A stretch of 63,776 nucleotides of DNA, filler included, from Craspedostauros australis (taxonomy: Eukaryota): NCBI GenBank assembly GCA_030167865.1. It is 9 parts of 9 records of this genome, joined end to end, with 100 filler letters (N's around TTAATTAATTAA, not from the genome) between each part and the next. Parts side by side here need not be neighbours in the genome. Positions count along the whole stretch, not along the records: positions 37,130 to 49,398 come from JALAGF010004947.1; 8 more parts are not named here. One strand, 5' to 3'. Positions 37,325 through 48,414 of this stretch are shown piece after piece. The translations under genes were made by a program, and so were the position numbers. The stretch's first letter is position 1; each line of letters starts with the position of its first letter. Under the pieces are notes generated by a model that ran no database searches, was not told the DNA's origin, and saw only the letters and a program-made list of their open reading frames with translations.

Positions 37325-38318
37325 TGGGTGAATAGGGATCGCCTCTGTTTCGCTTTCTCACATTAGGTTCTCAGGGACGCGTCGACTTGTTCAGATATAT
37401 TGGTTGTCGCGCTCATTCGATTCACTCAGGGCTGGTGTGTTGCCATCGTCATAGATCTCTCGGTTCCCGACCGTTATCAGGACATGGCCGAGTAGGCCAC
37501 TGGATGAGGGTGCTTGGATGTCGCATAAGACAGGAAAGGCCATTGGGCTGTCCGAGTGCAACTGGTCGATTGCTAGGTTGCGGTTTGTCTGGGAGATGCT
37601 ATTGGGGGTTGCGGCAATCATGGGTATCTTTACACTTAATACCATTCCGGTTCCAGTCAGTCCTCATGGGATCTGCGGTAGAACACGGTATCTTTGCAAA
37701 GTCGTACCCCCGATTCCTGACACCGCTGCGCATGTTGCCCACCACGGCTGGGGCTGTGCCAACCGCTACCATGTATTCCGTCAATTCTGTCACCGACTCT
37801 TCGCATGCATCGTCTAACCCACCACAGATTAAAAGATGCCCCACTGTCTCCTCCTGACGGCAGTTGGGGCAGGCTGAGTCCCCTTGCTGCCCTGTCTGCT
37901 TCAATTTGCGGCCCACCGCCATGAACCCAGTGGAAAGCTTCGTCACAAAGTGGGTGTGCTCGCGGGCGGAGGCGGACTTGCGTGCCTTGGAGTACGCTAG
38001 CCAGTCCACCAAGGAGCAATCCAATTCGCTCCAGCCATGCTTCACTCGCCAGTAGTCGAGGATGTCTTCCCTCTGCGCGACTGCTTCCATTGCGGCGATA
38101 TCCATGTGTGAGTATGGAACGCCACTCCAACCGATTCGCCAAATAGAGGCCGAAACGACCCACTTGTCAATCGCCGGCAATGACGATACTGTCTCCCAGT
38201 GCCGCTTGGCTTCCGCGTCCGCACGTACGTTGAGCCTGGCCCAGATGTCGAGAGGGGATGAGGAGTCATCCTGGTGTCCTTTCACCCACCTCCAACTCAG
38301 GGAGCACTGGAGCATGGA

Positions 38319-39940
38319 TGTCAGGAATCGAGGGTGCGACTATGTCGTGTTATACCAGATTGCCGCACCTCCCATAGTACCAAAAATAGACTGACCCATA
38401 TACCAAAGTCGGACACGCTCCCAAGTCTATTGTGGACCTCCTCCTCTGTGTGTCAAGAGTATGACGGACGACGGACAGACTAATGATGTGACATGTTTTG
38501 AGGGTGATGACGAACCGGCAATGGCGAACAATGGATGTGAAAGGGAGACTGGAACACCGAAGTGTTCCAAGCATGAGGGTTGACCGGTTAACCTGAAACA
38601 TCTATGCGAAAACGCTATCACNGTTGAGTCGCTCGGAACCCAGAACATGATTACGTGACTGACAGAGAACCAGCGAAGGAGAACAAAGCGCGGACTGGAA
38701 CAGCATCGAAGAACTGGACTGATCGTGCCAGAACTCCATGTTCTGAGCAAGTGTGATTGTCGGTGAATGTGTGAGAAGAGTGAGTGAACAACACGGAAGA
38801 GTGTACTGAATGAGTGATGGATGCCTGATGAGAAGAGAGTGAATCAAGCATCGGCATGCATGCACCTTAGGAGTGTAGACCGATATCTCAACAGACGAGC
38901 ACGGTGAAATGCACTTGTCATGAGCAATGAAATGGGCATGACAGAGAGATTGCAATGATGATTATGAGGGGCAACTACAGGAGGCCATCAGCATCATCAT
39001 GGGCAAACGAGTCGACAATTTGAGAAATGAGTGTGTTGTTCTCACAGTTCTAAAACGGTACAGTTTTGTCAGGAATCGGGTGTTCTGAAACACCATATTG
39101 CCGCACCTCCCAAGAGTAAGGAGCCGAACGTGGGGATATTCTACATTACCGCAACTCCCACGTTTGATCATTGTGACACAGAAAAATGTGAGCTGCACGT
39201 AACTCGCGGTGGAGAACGCCACGTGCCGAATACGAACCATGCCTGACGTTCATGACTCCAATGCAGGAATGCGAATCACACGTGTATGTCGCAGGGGGCG
39301 GGGATGTTGGAATCGTGACCAACATCACGATACGAGCAACTACGGCCCCCACGTCGCAACCAATGAGATAAGAGTACTGGGAACGAACCTGGGAACGAAC
39401 CTAGGAACGAACCTGGGAACGAACCTGGTATGAGGAACATCCAGGAAGCCGGTGAAGTGATCGGCGAAGAAACAATCAGAAACGATCGGAGTCGACCAGN
39501 NNNNNNNNNNNNNNNNNNNNNNNNNNNNNNNNNNNNNNNNNNNNNNNAGCTCCCAACCAAGGCGTTCCCGCAACGGATGAGAGATCGTGATCTGATCGAA
39601 TGAGCCGATCTGTGTCATGCCTACGACTCGGTGATGTCTAAGGCATCGAAACTATTGGCGGAGGACAACGTGCTAATGTGCACGAATATGGGGTACTCGG
39701 TGGTGCATGCATGTCCATGATGAATCTGCGATGAATGCAAGATGGATGCCTGCTAGACCAACAGAGGGACCCATGGCAATCTCAGGAGGAGATTGGACTT
39801 TGCAATCAAGAGCAATGAAGAGCTCACAGTTCAGAGAAGTAGATTCTAACAAACGATTAGTTCTCTACTATCACACCACCCCGGATTTCCAACACAGTTT
39901 AATAAGCATTAGACTCTACTATAACCCCGGATTTCCAACA
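38319..39940. mobile_element. Solo-LTR-like element A (about 790 bp net) with 6-bp TSD CATGGA
   Basis: Termini are TGTCAGGAATC…GATTTCCAACA. CATGGA occurs at 38313-38318 and 39941-39946. Removal restores the LINE peptide EHVKSMLQC. Confidence 0.88.
39067..39894. mobile_element. Related solo-LTR-like element B nested in A, 6-bp TSD CAGTTT
   Basis: Same termini as A. CAGTTT occurs at 39061-39066 and 39895-39900. It contains (GGGAACGAACCT)x4 and an internal N gap. Confidence 0.85.
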
Positions 39941-41169
39941 CATGGACTTAACATGCTCGATCTCTGAGAGGATGTCCCAGTCTCTATGCGTAGGCCTTGG
40001 AGAGCCATCTCTAGCTCTGTTGAGGGCCTGCTTGCCATCTAACGCGAGGGTGATGGAAGGGATGCTCACCTCTTGCTCCAGAAGAAAAACGTGGATGAGG
40101 GAGGCGAGAATACCCGTCAGTTCGCTTCGATATGAGCTCTGCGTTGGGGCTGTCCCAGGGACCGTGGCCAACACCGAAACCAACTTCTTTGTACGGGTGT
40201 CGTAGATGATGGAGGCGGAGGTGCCCCGGCCATCTTTGTAGGAGCCGTCACTCACTGCCACAAGAGTACCCGCCTCGGACGCCCGCTGAGCGTCTTGGGG
40301 AGTAAGGTCGCCCTCCGTGCTTTGGATGTACTGGAAACACTCTGGCTCGTGGTGCGGGACTTCATCTTGCGTTATTTGAGGGCCGTGAGTGCCATCCTCT
40401 CCGACCGTCATGAAATTGATGTCTCCTCTCGGAAATGGCAACATCGAAACCGCGATGATTGCACGTACGGAGACTCAACGCTCCACTATGTTACTACTAA
40501 TAGAGATGATGCGGATCCAGTTCTAATGGATGCTGCACATCACATGCTCACAATCCTTTTGAAAGTCTCATTTGGATTCGTACAGCTTTAAAGACTAAGA
40601 CATACTCTCACTCTCAAACTCACCAACCTACTGCACTACCACAGATTGATCACCCTTCGGCGTTCAGTAAGTTCACCTCGTTTCCATTATCGTTTTATCA
40701 TCCCACGTGACGTAGTGTTCGTGCCTTGTTACCGAGACTCGGACTGCCTCCACTGGTATCGGTTCGCCGGTGGACATGGGGTTGAACCGTGATAGCCGAG
40801 TACGCTGTTGGCCTTGAGTCCGAGTATAGACGACCGTGGAGGCGGCCGTCACTTCGAAAATCGAATCAGTGAGCGGGTCAAGCCACCATCGCCACGTGTG
40901 TTCGTCAAAATGCCAGGGGCCAAGGGGCGTCGTCAGAGCTCCGTCTGGGTGCGACAGCCGGTCGCAAAACTTCTTCCACTCGTTCCACCAGCTTTCTGGT
41001 AGACTTGAAGGCAGTCGTGGCCAAGACTTTCGCAGCGTGGATGTTTGGTGCCCTGCCATGGCAGCTGCTGTGAGACGGGAGCCATCTGCAGTGGCGATGG
41101 CTGAGACGAACACCGCCCCAAGCAAAAGCCGGCACATGTTCACGCGCCGGAGCCGATGGCCGTGGTACC

Positions 41170-41375
41170 TATCAGCACAAAATCGAATAGTGCTAAGTAC
41201 GTTACTCCTGTAGCCCCCACTATCTATAAATTTCACTTGTGTTCGGTTCAGCAATCGCATCGCCTGTAGCTCAACGGTAGAGCACCAGTAATTCTAACTG
41301 AGGTTCCAGGTTCGAATCCCGGCATGGTACTTTGCTTTTGCTCGCCCCTTGTGATTTTTCAATAGTGCTCTAATA
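41170..41375 (+). mobile_element. 206-bp solo-LTR-like insertion carrying a tRNA-like sequence, 5-bp TSD GTACC
   Basis: GTACC occurs at 41165-41169 and 41376-41380. Termini TATCAG…CTAATA form an imperfect inverted pair. Removal restores the LINE peptide GHGYHGHRL. Confidence 0.85.
41260..41330 (+). tRNA. tRNA-like/pseudo-tRNA (nominal anticodon TTC, but non-canonical loop and mismatched acceptor stem)
   Basis: D-arm TA-GCTC-AACGGTA-GAGC, anticodon arm CAGT/ACTG with a 7-nt loop, T-arm CCAGG-TTCGAAT-CCCGG. T-runs lie downstream and TATAAAT lies about 35 nt upstream. Confidence 0.65.
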
Positions 41376-42935
41376 GTACCCGTGGCCCAGAGCTAACTCC
41401 GTCAGCGCTCTGTCGCCTTGCCTCTGTGGTATCATCGCCAGGGTGTTTTCCTGGATGTGGAACCTGGCCTCCTGTATGTCGCCCCACAGGTTGGAGATCC
41501 AACAGGGAGTGAGAGCATCTCGGAGGAGATGATGGGGGTGGTCAAAAAGGGAGCCTGACACACCCACTTCGTCTTTGAGGGCCTCTATCGAGTGCTCGAT
41601 CATCTTCCCTGTCGGGGTTGCCGCATGGACCTCCAGGAACATGGCCTGCACCTGTCGTACAACTTGGCGCCTCCAGGGATTCGGAATCCCAAGGCCTCCT
41701 TCGGCGACTGGTGCATAGAGAACTGTGCGGGGAAAAGTGCGCATCAGCTTCATCTTGGGGAGCGCGGCTTGCAAAGCTGGGGCTGTGATATAGTTCCATT
41801 GGTTGGGTGTTAGTTGCACCGCAGGCATCATGTACTCAATGGACTTCATAAACTGTAGTACCAGAGCAGTTTTGGCCTTGCTGGGGGACACTTGGGCCAC
41901 CCTCAGCTTTTCAGCAAACAGCTCTGCCTTCCAGTGAAGGGTGCTGACTTGGACATCGTTGCGACCGTCGAGAGAGATAGCCACGCCCAGCGTTTCGACT
42001 GGGTCGGTGTGACGCTTCCTTGAAATAGTGGCTCTGTCTTTGCCACTGCCTTGAATGTCCACGATGCCGTCTACGTGTGAGTCCTCTGCCCACCATTGGC
42101 CTGACTCGAAGGAGAAGTGAACTGCCCACCACGCAGATTTGGCGGGCACGATGGCGCCGCCCGTGGCTGCGAGTAAGCCGCTCCATTCCTCGATCATGGC
42201 TTGGAACTTCTGGAATCCCTCTTCCGGAGATTCTCTGGCCTTGGAGACACGGACGAGGTCTGTGTCGTCGACGAATGCGGACCCCAATACTCTCATCGGG
42301 GAGAGGCTGAGAGGCGCTCGAAGCACCGACTCATGCCCCTGAGCTTGCATTGCCTTGAACATTACGGAGCTAAAGGCTGCGGTCATACTCAGAGTAGCAT
42401 TCGCTACATGGGGACCAAAACCTGCACGCCGAACTCTAGTCAACATACAACATCGCATCCAGCTCCAATAACAGCATGAACTGACATGGTATTACACATG
42501 CAACGCATGCTACACACCAACCCAATAGTACACATATCTTGTGATATACTCTACTCCTGACTTTCTGCACTACCATTTGCTCTTCAGCTGTATGATCGAC
42601 CACTGGCAACAATGCACTCAACGGCCGGACAGTCGCAGACGTGCATCTTTGCAGTGTGCAAACGTGCATTGACGCCACAAATTGAAATTTTGTGGGTGAG
42701 CAGAGGTGCGCGACGTTGCGCACACAATTCGCAACGCGCTTCCAACAAGTCTGCGCAACTGCAAGGCACGGGAATTCCGTTGAAACTGACACTCGATCGC
42801 ACTTGACCAAGACGACCACTCCACAAACACAATCACGATTCGACTACAGCGACTAATATGCTCGACCAGTAGAAGAAAATATAACGTCTATAACCGTTAT
42901 TGTTTTAAAATCCGAACACCAGGCTAATCGCAAAT

Positions 42936-43146
42936 AAACGTTGAAACTAATGACGAAACGTTGAAACTAATGACGAAACGTTGAAACTAATGACGAAACG
43001 TTGAAACTAATGACGAAACGTTGAAACTAATGAAGAACCGTTGAAACTAATGAAGAAACGTTGAAACTAATGAAGAAACGTTGAAACTATCGGCGAGGTG
43101 TTGAAACTATCGGCGAGGTGTTGAAACTAATAGAGAGCCGTTGAAA
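42936..43146. repeat. 20-bp tandem array (AAACGTTGAAACTAATGACG and variants), about 11 units
   Basis: GTTGAAA recurs exactly every 20 nt from 42940 to 43140. Confidence 0.95.
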
Positions 43147-43173
43147 GCAGTCACGATTCATTCGTGAAGCCTT

Positions 43174-45266
43174 GTGACACTCCAGATGAAAAATGACGCA
43201 CGTAATTTGATCGAGGCGATGTCATCACACAACAGGGCAACGGCGGAAAAGCCTCCATTTCTGTTCGTGTTTTGTTGGCGCTCTTGCCATCCACTATCCA
43301 TTATCCATCAGTCATCATACAATCGAACAAGACAGGAAGCCCAACAAGCTGGGCAACGAGCACCTAAAGAAGGCATTGAGGCGGAGGCAGCGAGGGAAGC
43401 CTTGTCGCAACCATCGCGAGCAGCAGAGGATGGCAGCGAGGGAGGAACCACCACAACAACCATGAGGAGAAGGGGACGGCAGCGAGGCGGAGGCAGCGCG
43501 AGCAGCAGCACTGCAAGAATCGCCAGCAGCAGGGGGCAGCAGCGAGGAGGAGACAGCGAGAGCACCACCACCGCAACCGTTGCAAGCAGCAGAGGAAGGC
43601 AACGAGGCAGAGGCAGCACGAGCAGCAGCACCACAAGCATTGCAAGCAGCAGGGGACCGCGGCGAGGCGGAGGCAGCGAGAGCACCACCACCGCAAGTAT
43701 CGCAAGCAGCAAGAGCAGCAACACCGCAACAATCGCAAGCAGCAGGGGACAGCGGCGAGCCGGAGGCAGCAAGAGCACCACCACCGCGACCATTGCAAGC
43801 AGCAGAGGGCTGCAGCAAGGCGGAGGCGGCGAGAGCACCACCACTGCGAGCATTGCAAGCAGCAGACAGCTGCCGCGAGGCAGAGGCAGCGAGAGCACCA
43901 CCACCGCAAGTATTGCAAGCAGCGAGAGCAGCAACACCGCAACAATTGCAAGCAGCAGGGGACCGCGGCGAGCCGGAGGCGGCAAGAGCACCACCACCGC
44001 GACCATCGCAAGCAGCAGAGGACCGCGGCAAGGCGGAGGCGGTGAGAGCAGCAGCACCGCAAGCAGCAGACGGCTGCAGCGAGGCAGAGGCAGCGAGAGG
44101 ACCACCACCGCAAGTATCGCAAGCAGCGAGAGCACCACCACTGCGACCATCGCAAGCAGCAGACAGCTGCCGCGAGGCAGAGGCAGCGAGAACACGACCA
44201 CTGCAACCACCGCAAGCACCAGAGAAAGGCAGCACGATGGAGGCAGCGAGGGCAGCAGCACGGCAACCCAGAAATCAACCGAAACTGATTTCTTGGGGCA
44301 CCATGAAGTGCTCACACTTGGCCTCAAGTATGCCGGTTTCCGTCAGGAAAAGATGGCAGATCGCACGATGCAGACTCGCTTTGCTGCAACGTACGGACTG
44401 TGCCCTGAAAGCTTTGCTTCCCTCTTCGTGGATCTCTTCAACAGCCAAACGGCACAATTCAAACGTCCGCGTCCGCGCGATCTCTTTGTTGTCTTGAACT
44501 GGCTGAAAACATACTGCACAGAGCATGTGATGGCTGGCCGATGGAATTTGGATGAGAAGACTATCCGTGGTCTCATCTGGTCGTACTTGCCAGCTATTCA
44601 AGCCCTGCTGCCACAAAAGGCAAGTGTGACAAAGGGAATCTTGTGCTGGAATGCTTCTTTCATTTCCTTCTCTCGAACGAACTCTCTCACATGTTTCTCT
44701 TCTTTCTTTTCATTCTGGTACACCATCAATAGGTCATCTGGCCGCCAAACACAACAGAACTTGCAGGAGACGATAAACACTTCATCATCACTGTTGATGG
44801 TGTTCACATCAGGATCCAAGAACCACGGATGGACCCAGGAACCAAGTGGTACTCTCACAAGTCTCACTCAGCTGGTTTGACGTATGAGCTCGGGATATCC
44901 CTGGCAGAGAGCAAGCTGGTGTGGATCAATGGGCCATTTCCAGCTTCCACTTCAGATCTGGTGATGTATCGCAAGCCAGATGGTCTCAAATCCAAGATCC
45001 CACCGAATGCCCTGGTAATTGCTGATGGGGGGTACAACAATGAGCCTACAATCAGTGCCCCAAATCCGTGTGATTCTGCTGCTGTGAGGAAGTTCAAGAA
45101 TCGAGCAAGAGCACGGCATGAGAGCTTTAACGGAAGAATCAAGAACTTCCAAGCACTTGCGAATGGGTACCGCAATCAACTGAGCAAGCATCAGTGCCTA
45201 TTTGAGGCCTGCTGTGTTTTGATTCAGTACGAACTCGACCATGGCCATCCAATATTTGACATCTAA
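43174..45266 (+). CDS. ISL2EU/PIF-Harbinger-type DDE transposase with low-complexity repetitive N-terminus; GC-AG intron 44620-44732; start uncertain
   Basis: HTH-like region WLKTY.TE…AGRW. After splicing: ITVDGVH…EP, WYSHK, YELGI, WINGP, ADGGY and RARHESFNGRIKNF (D-D-E). Confidence 0.88.
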
Positions 45267-45338
45267 ACAACATGGGAGTCGAGTAGTAGGAACTAGTTGA
45301 TTACTTATAGAATACTTCAATGTTTGCAACAGATTGCT

Positions 45339-47227
45339 TCATGCCTGGGAATAGAAGAGTTCGAGTGCCTCGTCAACACTCTCAGAATCAGTGTCACTGC
45401 TTGGAACACGTGTGTTGACTGCAAGATCAATCGATGCAAGATCAATTGATGCAAGCTTGCTGTCTTCTTCATGCTTGTCAGCCTTCATCTTCTTCGGGAG
45501 ATTGTTGTGGCGCAGCACGGGATGAGAGCGCTTGAGGTGCTGCCCTTCGTCGCCCATGATTGTGTCTGTTGGGTTGCTCGAAGCTGCAGGGGCACAGCAA
45601 GCAACAGTAGCAGGCGCCACTGTCGCAATTTTAACTGCTGCTGGTTCTTCCGCAGCGGGCTTCAGAGCATCTGCTGGCGCAAATGGCAATTGCAAGTCCA
45701 ATGCATCGATGCCTTCCACAGTTTCAGCCGGATTCGCAGGAGCTGGATGGATGCCATTGTCATTGCTATAGACTGGGTCCGGACAAATTGGATAGATGCC
45801 ATCATCATTGCTATGGACTGGGTCCGGACGACCTGGATGGATGACACCGCCATGGCTGAAGGTTTGGTTTGGCGTAGGGTCTTCTGGGCTCTCTGCGTAG
45901 CTTGAGACGTCGCTCATGCTCATGTTGTCATTTGCATCATGCCTGCCACTACCGGCGACGGTAAGCGATGCTGTGCGAATCATGACAGTTTGGGTGCGTG
46001 CACGTCAATGAAGAAAGAGCAGTTGGTGTTTGTTTGTGAGTAATCAGTCTAATTTGATGTTACTACAATGGTAGAGCAAAGCACAGGTCAATCAGGTCGA
46101 ATCAAATGCTCGTTTTACGCACCGGCTTTGCCCATCATTGCGAAGAAATCGTCTTCACCCTCGCTGTGGTCTTCCTCGATGTCCACCTTTCCATCGAATC
46201 CCTTGATCGCAACTTTCCAGTACACCACATTCATTGGAATTTGATATTCCATGTGGCTCTTGTGGTGGATGTGATGCTTTGCGATCGGTCGGTACGTTTT
46301 CGCGAGGCGCTCTGGCTCGTTTCCAAAGTAGTTGGTGGAGAGCACCATGCCATCAGGGCAGATGAAGTAGGTGTACTTGGTCTCTGCACCTCTGTTGAGC
46401 TCTCTGTTGACGAGCTTGTTGAAGGCATTCTTTTCCCTCCCAATGTTGGGATCATGGTTCCCCTTCTTTGTGAGAAACATTGTTTGTGTGGATCTCTCGA
46501 GCATCACGGCTGGGACGCTTGGCTCCTCAATCTTGATAGAGATCCCATCATCGCACAGGGATGCCTTCACCTTCGTGACATCATCCTTGTCCAGAATGAA
46601 CTTGCGGATGACAAGGCAGTCCAGGGAGCGGCCATCCAGCAGCACGTCATTGACACGATAGATGATCGTGTTGTCGGCATTCTGGAAAGGGCGGTCGAGG
46701 TCTATCTTGTACTCCATCCCAGCATGATCTTCGTTGGTGAAGTTGCTGGTGTCATCGCTGTTCTTCGCCATCTTGTTCTTGTATGAGCTGAAGTTGATCC
46801 TTCGTCTTTGTGGTGGTGAGGTTGTTGTCGATACTGTTGATATTGGTGCGGTTGGCACGGAAGTGGGAGGTGTTGATGCGACTGTTGGCGTGTCGATCGT
46901 CTCCTTGGCTGGTTTGTGATCTCCTCTGTCATTCTCCAGCTCAAGGGCCTCTCTGTGTGTTTGCTGTAGTGCCAAAAGGCCAGCTCGGTCCAGCCGTCTT
47001 CTGAGGTAGTACATTCGTTGGCGGCTGGCTTCGCGCAGATCAGAATTGCGCTTGCCATGGATGTGCTGATTGTCGTCACAGTGAGCTTTGAATGTGTCCA
47101 AGCGACTTGCTCCGAGCAAAAAATCCAACACAGAGAGATCGACTTCACGAGTCACCGACTTCTTATTTGAACGGCTGGGAGTTTTTTGGCGGGCGGACCG
47201 CGGCGCGGGAGAAGTAATCTGTTCCAT
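45339..47227 (-). CDS. Hypothetical protein, probably transposon-borne; predicted intron 46122-45971
   Basis: Two long ORFs join in frame via G|GTGCGT…CACAG|. The gene is convergent with the transposase, whose stop lies 73 nt from its own. Confidence 0.55.
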
Positions 47228-47937
47228 CGTGTGCTGGAGTGTGGCGCAGAGTGTGGTGCCGAATGCGTTCTCTTGATTGGCTCCTGAATTTCTCTGCTGG
47301 TGGGTTTTGTGATGGTTCGGCAGAGTCCAATTTTGGCTGCCATTCAAACACCGACACCACCCACAGAAGAGCACGCAATGACACGAGGAAGAGAGGAAGA
47401 GATTTCTCTGTGTGCTGATGATGATCACTTCACACAAGACCATACCTACACAAACAATGACAGTGCCAAGTATAATACGAATGTGGTCCCACCAACTTGG
47501 AGAAAGCAAGGCCAACTGTAATTCGAACAACCGGATGAGCAACACAAGCCAGGAGATTGAAATGCAACAGCACCATGTGCAAGGACATGGTCAGCAACGG
47601 ACACACACGGAAACAGCACCATGGTCATGTGCAAATGCGGGTACAGGATAAACGGTATGTTGCACGGAAAGGTACCAGATGAAGCAACAATCTTGATACC
47701 AGTACCTTGGCAGCAACAGCAGAAGGTGCACCCAGGGCACCATTGCAACAACGCCAGCAAACTACATCGAATGGCATGGTGCGCATCCATGGTATCCAAA
47801 TTGGTGACATCGAGTGTTTTCAATGCAAGTCCATTGACACCGCAGCAAGACCATCATCACATACATCGTCTCTTCTTGGCACAGCCACCATCGCAACCCT
47901 CATCGTGAAAGCCTGGTGATCATCATCGCAAGACAGG

Positions 47938-48414
47938 ATGCCCATGAAATGGGCCGACGCAAAAGCAGTGCTGGAGAAGGACCTGAAGATGGGAGCCATC
48001 ACACCAGAGATGACTCCCAAGCAGATATACGAAGGGAGGGTTGAGTTTGGCAGCATCAAGTACACCAACTTTCGGAACAATCTCAATCGACTAAGAAAGA
48101 AATGGAGGAAGTACGAAGAAGAAGCAAACAAAGCTGATGAAGCACTTGCAGCATTTGAACGGATGCACATCTCAACACCTCGTGCATCAAAGCTGCGATG
48201 GGATGGATCGGAAGCACAGCGAATGCTGAAGCAAGACATGCAAGATGATGCTGTGAAATGCCTCTCATCAAAGCAGGTCCACAACCTGCGAAATTGCAAT
48301 CAGGTCTTTCCGATCGATCAGTTTCGAAAGCACTTTCACGCAGCAAAGAGATCGAAGTATGAATCACTCTACTGGCAGCAGCGAAAGAACAACAGGAAGA
48401 CGTCCAAGAAGTGA
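47938..48414 (+). CDS. Small basic protein with duplicated W…[KQ]D…F..FR motif (putative transposon accessory DNA-binding protein)
   Basis: Internal repeat: WADAKAVLEKDL…EF….Y..FR and WDGSEAQRMLKQDM…F….FRKH. Confidence 0.55.
   Translation: MPMKWADAKAVLEKDLKMGAITPEMTPKQIYEGRVEFGSIKYTNFRNNLNRLRKKWRKYEEEANKADEALAAFERMHISTPRASKLRWDGSEAQRMLKQDMQDDAVKCLSSKQVHNLRNCNQVFPIDQFRKHFHAAKRSKYESLYWQQRKNNRKTSKK

Larger units (their letters stand above)
37380..42435 (-). mobile_element. Non-LTR retrotransposon (RT + RNase H + CCHC, Ambal-like), 5'-truncated and interrupted by three insertions
   Basis: RT motif AFVDDTDL; RNase H VSDGS…SYRSEL.G…LDG…WVKGHQD…N.RAD; zinc finger CPNC..EET..HL..C. The reading frame is restored when the inserts 41170-41375, 40398-40698 and 38319-39940 (each with one copy of its duplication) are removed. 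Confidence 0.9.

Noticed and set aside
41260..41330. Functional tRNA-Glu(TTC)
   Set aside because: It has three acceptor-stem mismatches and no U33, and it sits inside a TSD-flanked insert.
42936..43146. CRISPR-like regularly spaced repeat
   Set aside because: The period is only 20 nt, the intervening sequences are repeated rather than unique, the context is eukaryotic, and no cas genes are present.
43308..44497. Long alternative-frame and antisense ORFs (Leu/Val-, Cys/Trp- or Ala-rich)
   Set aside because: They are by-products of a stop-free minisatellite.
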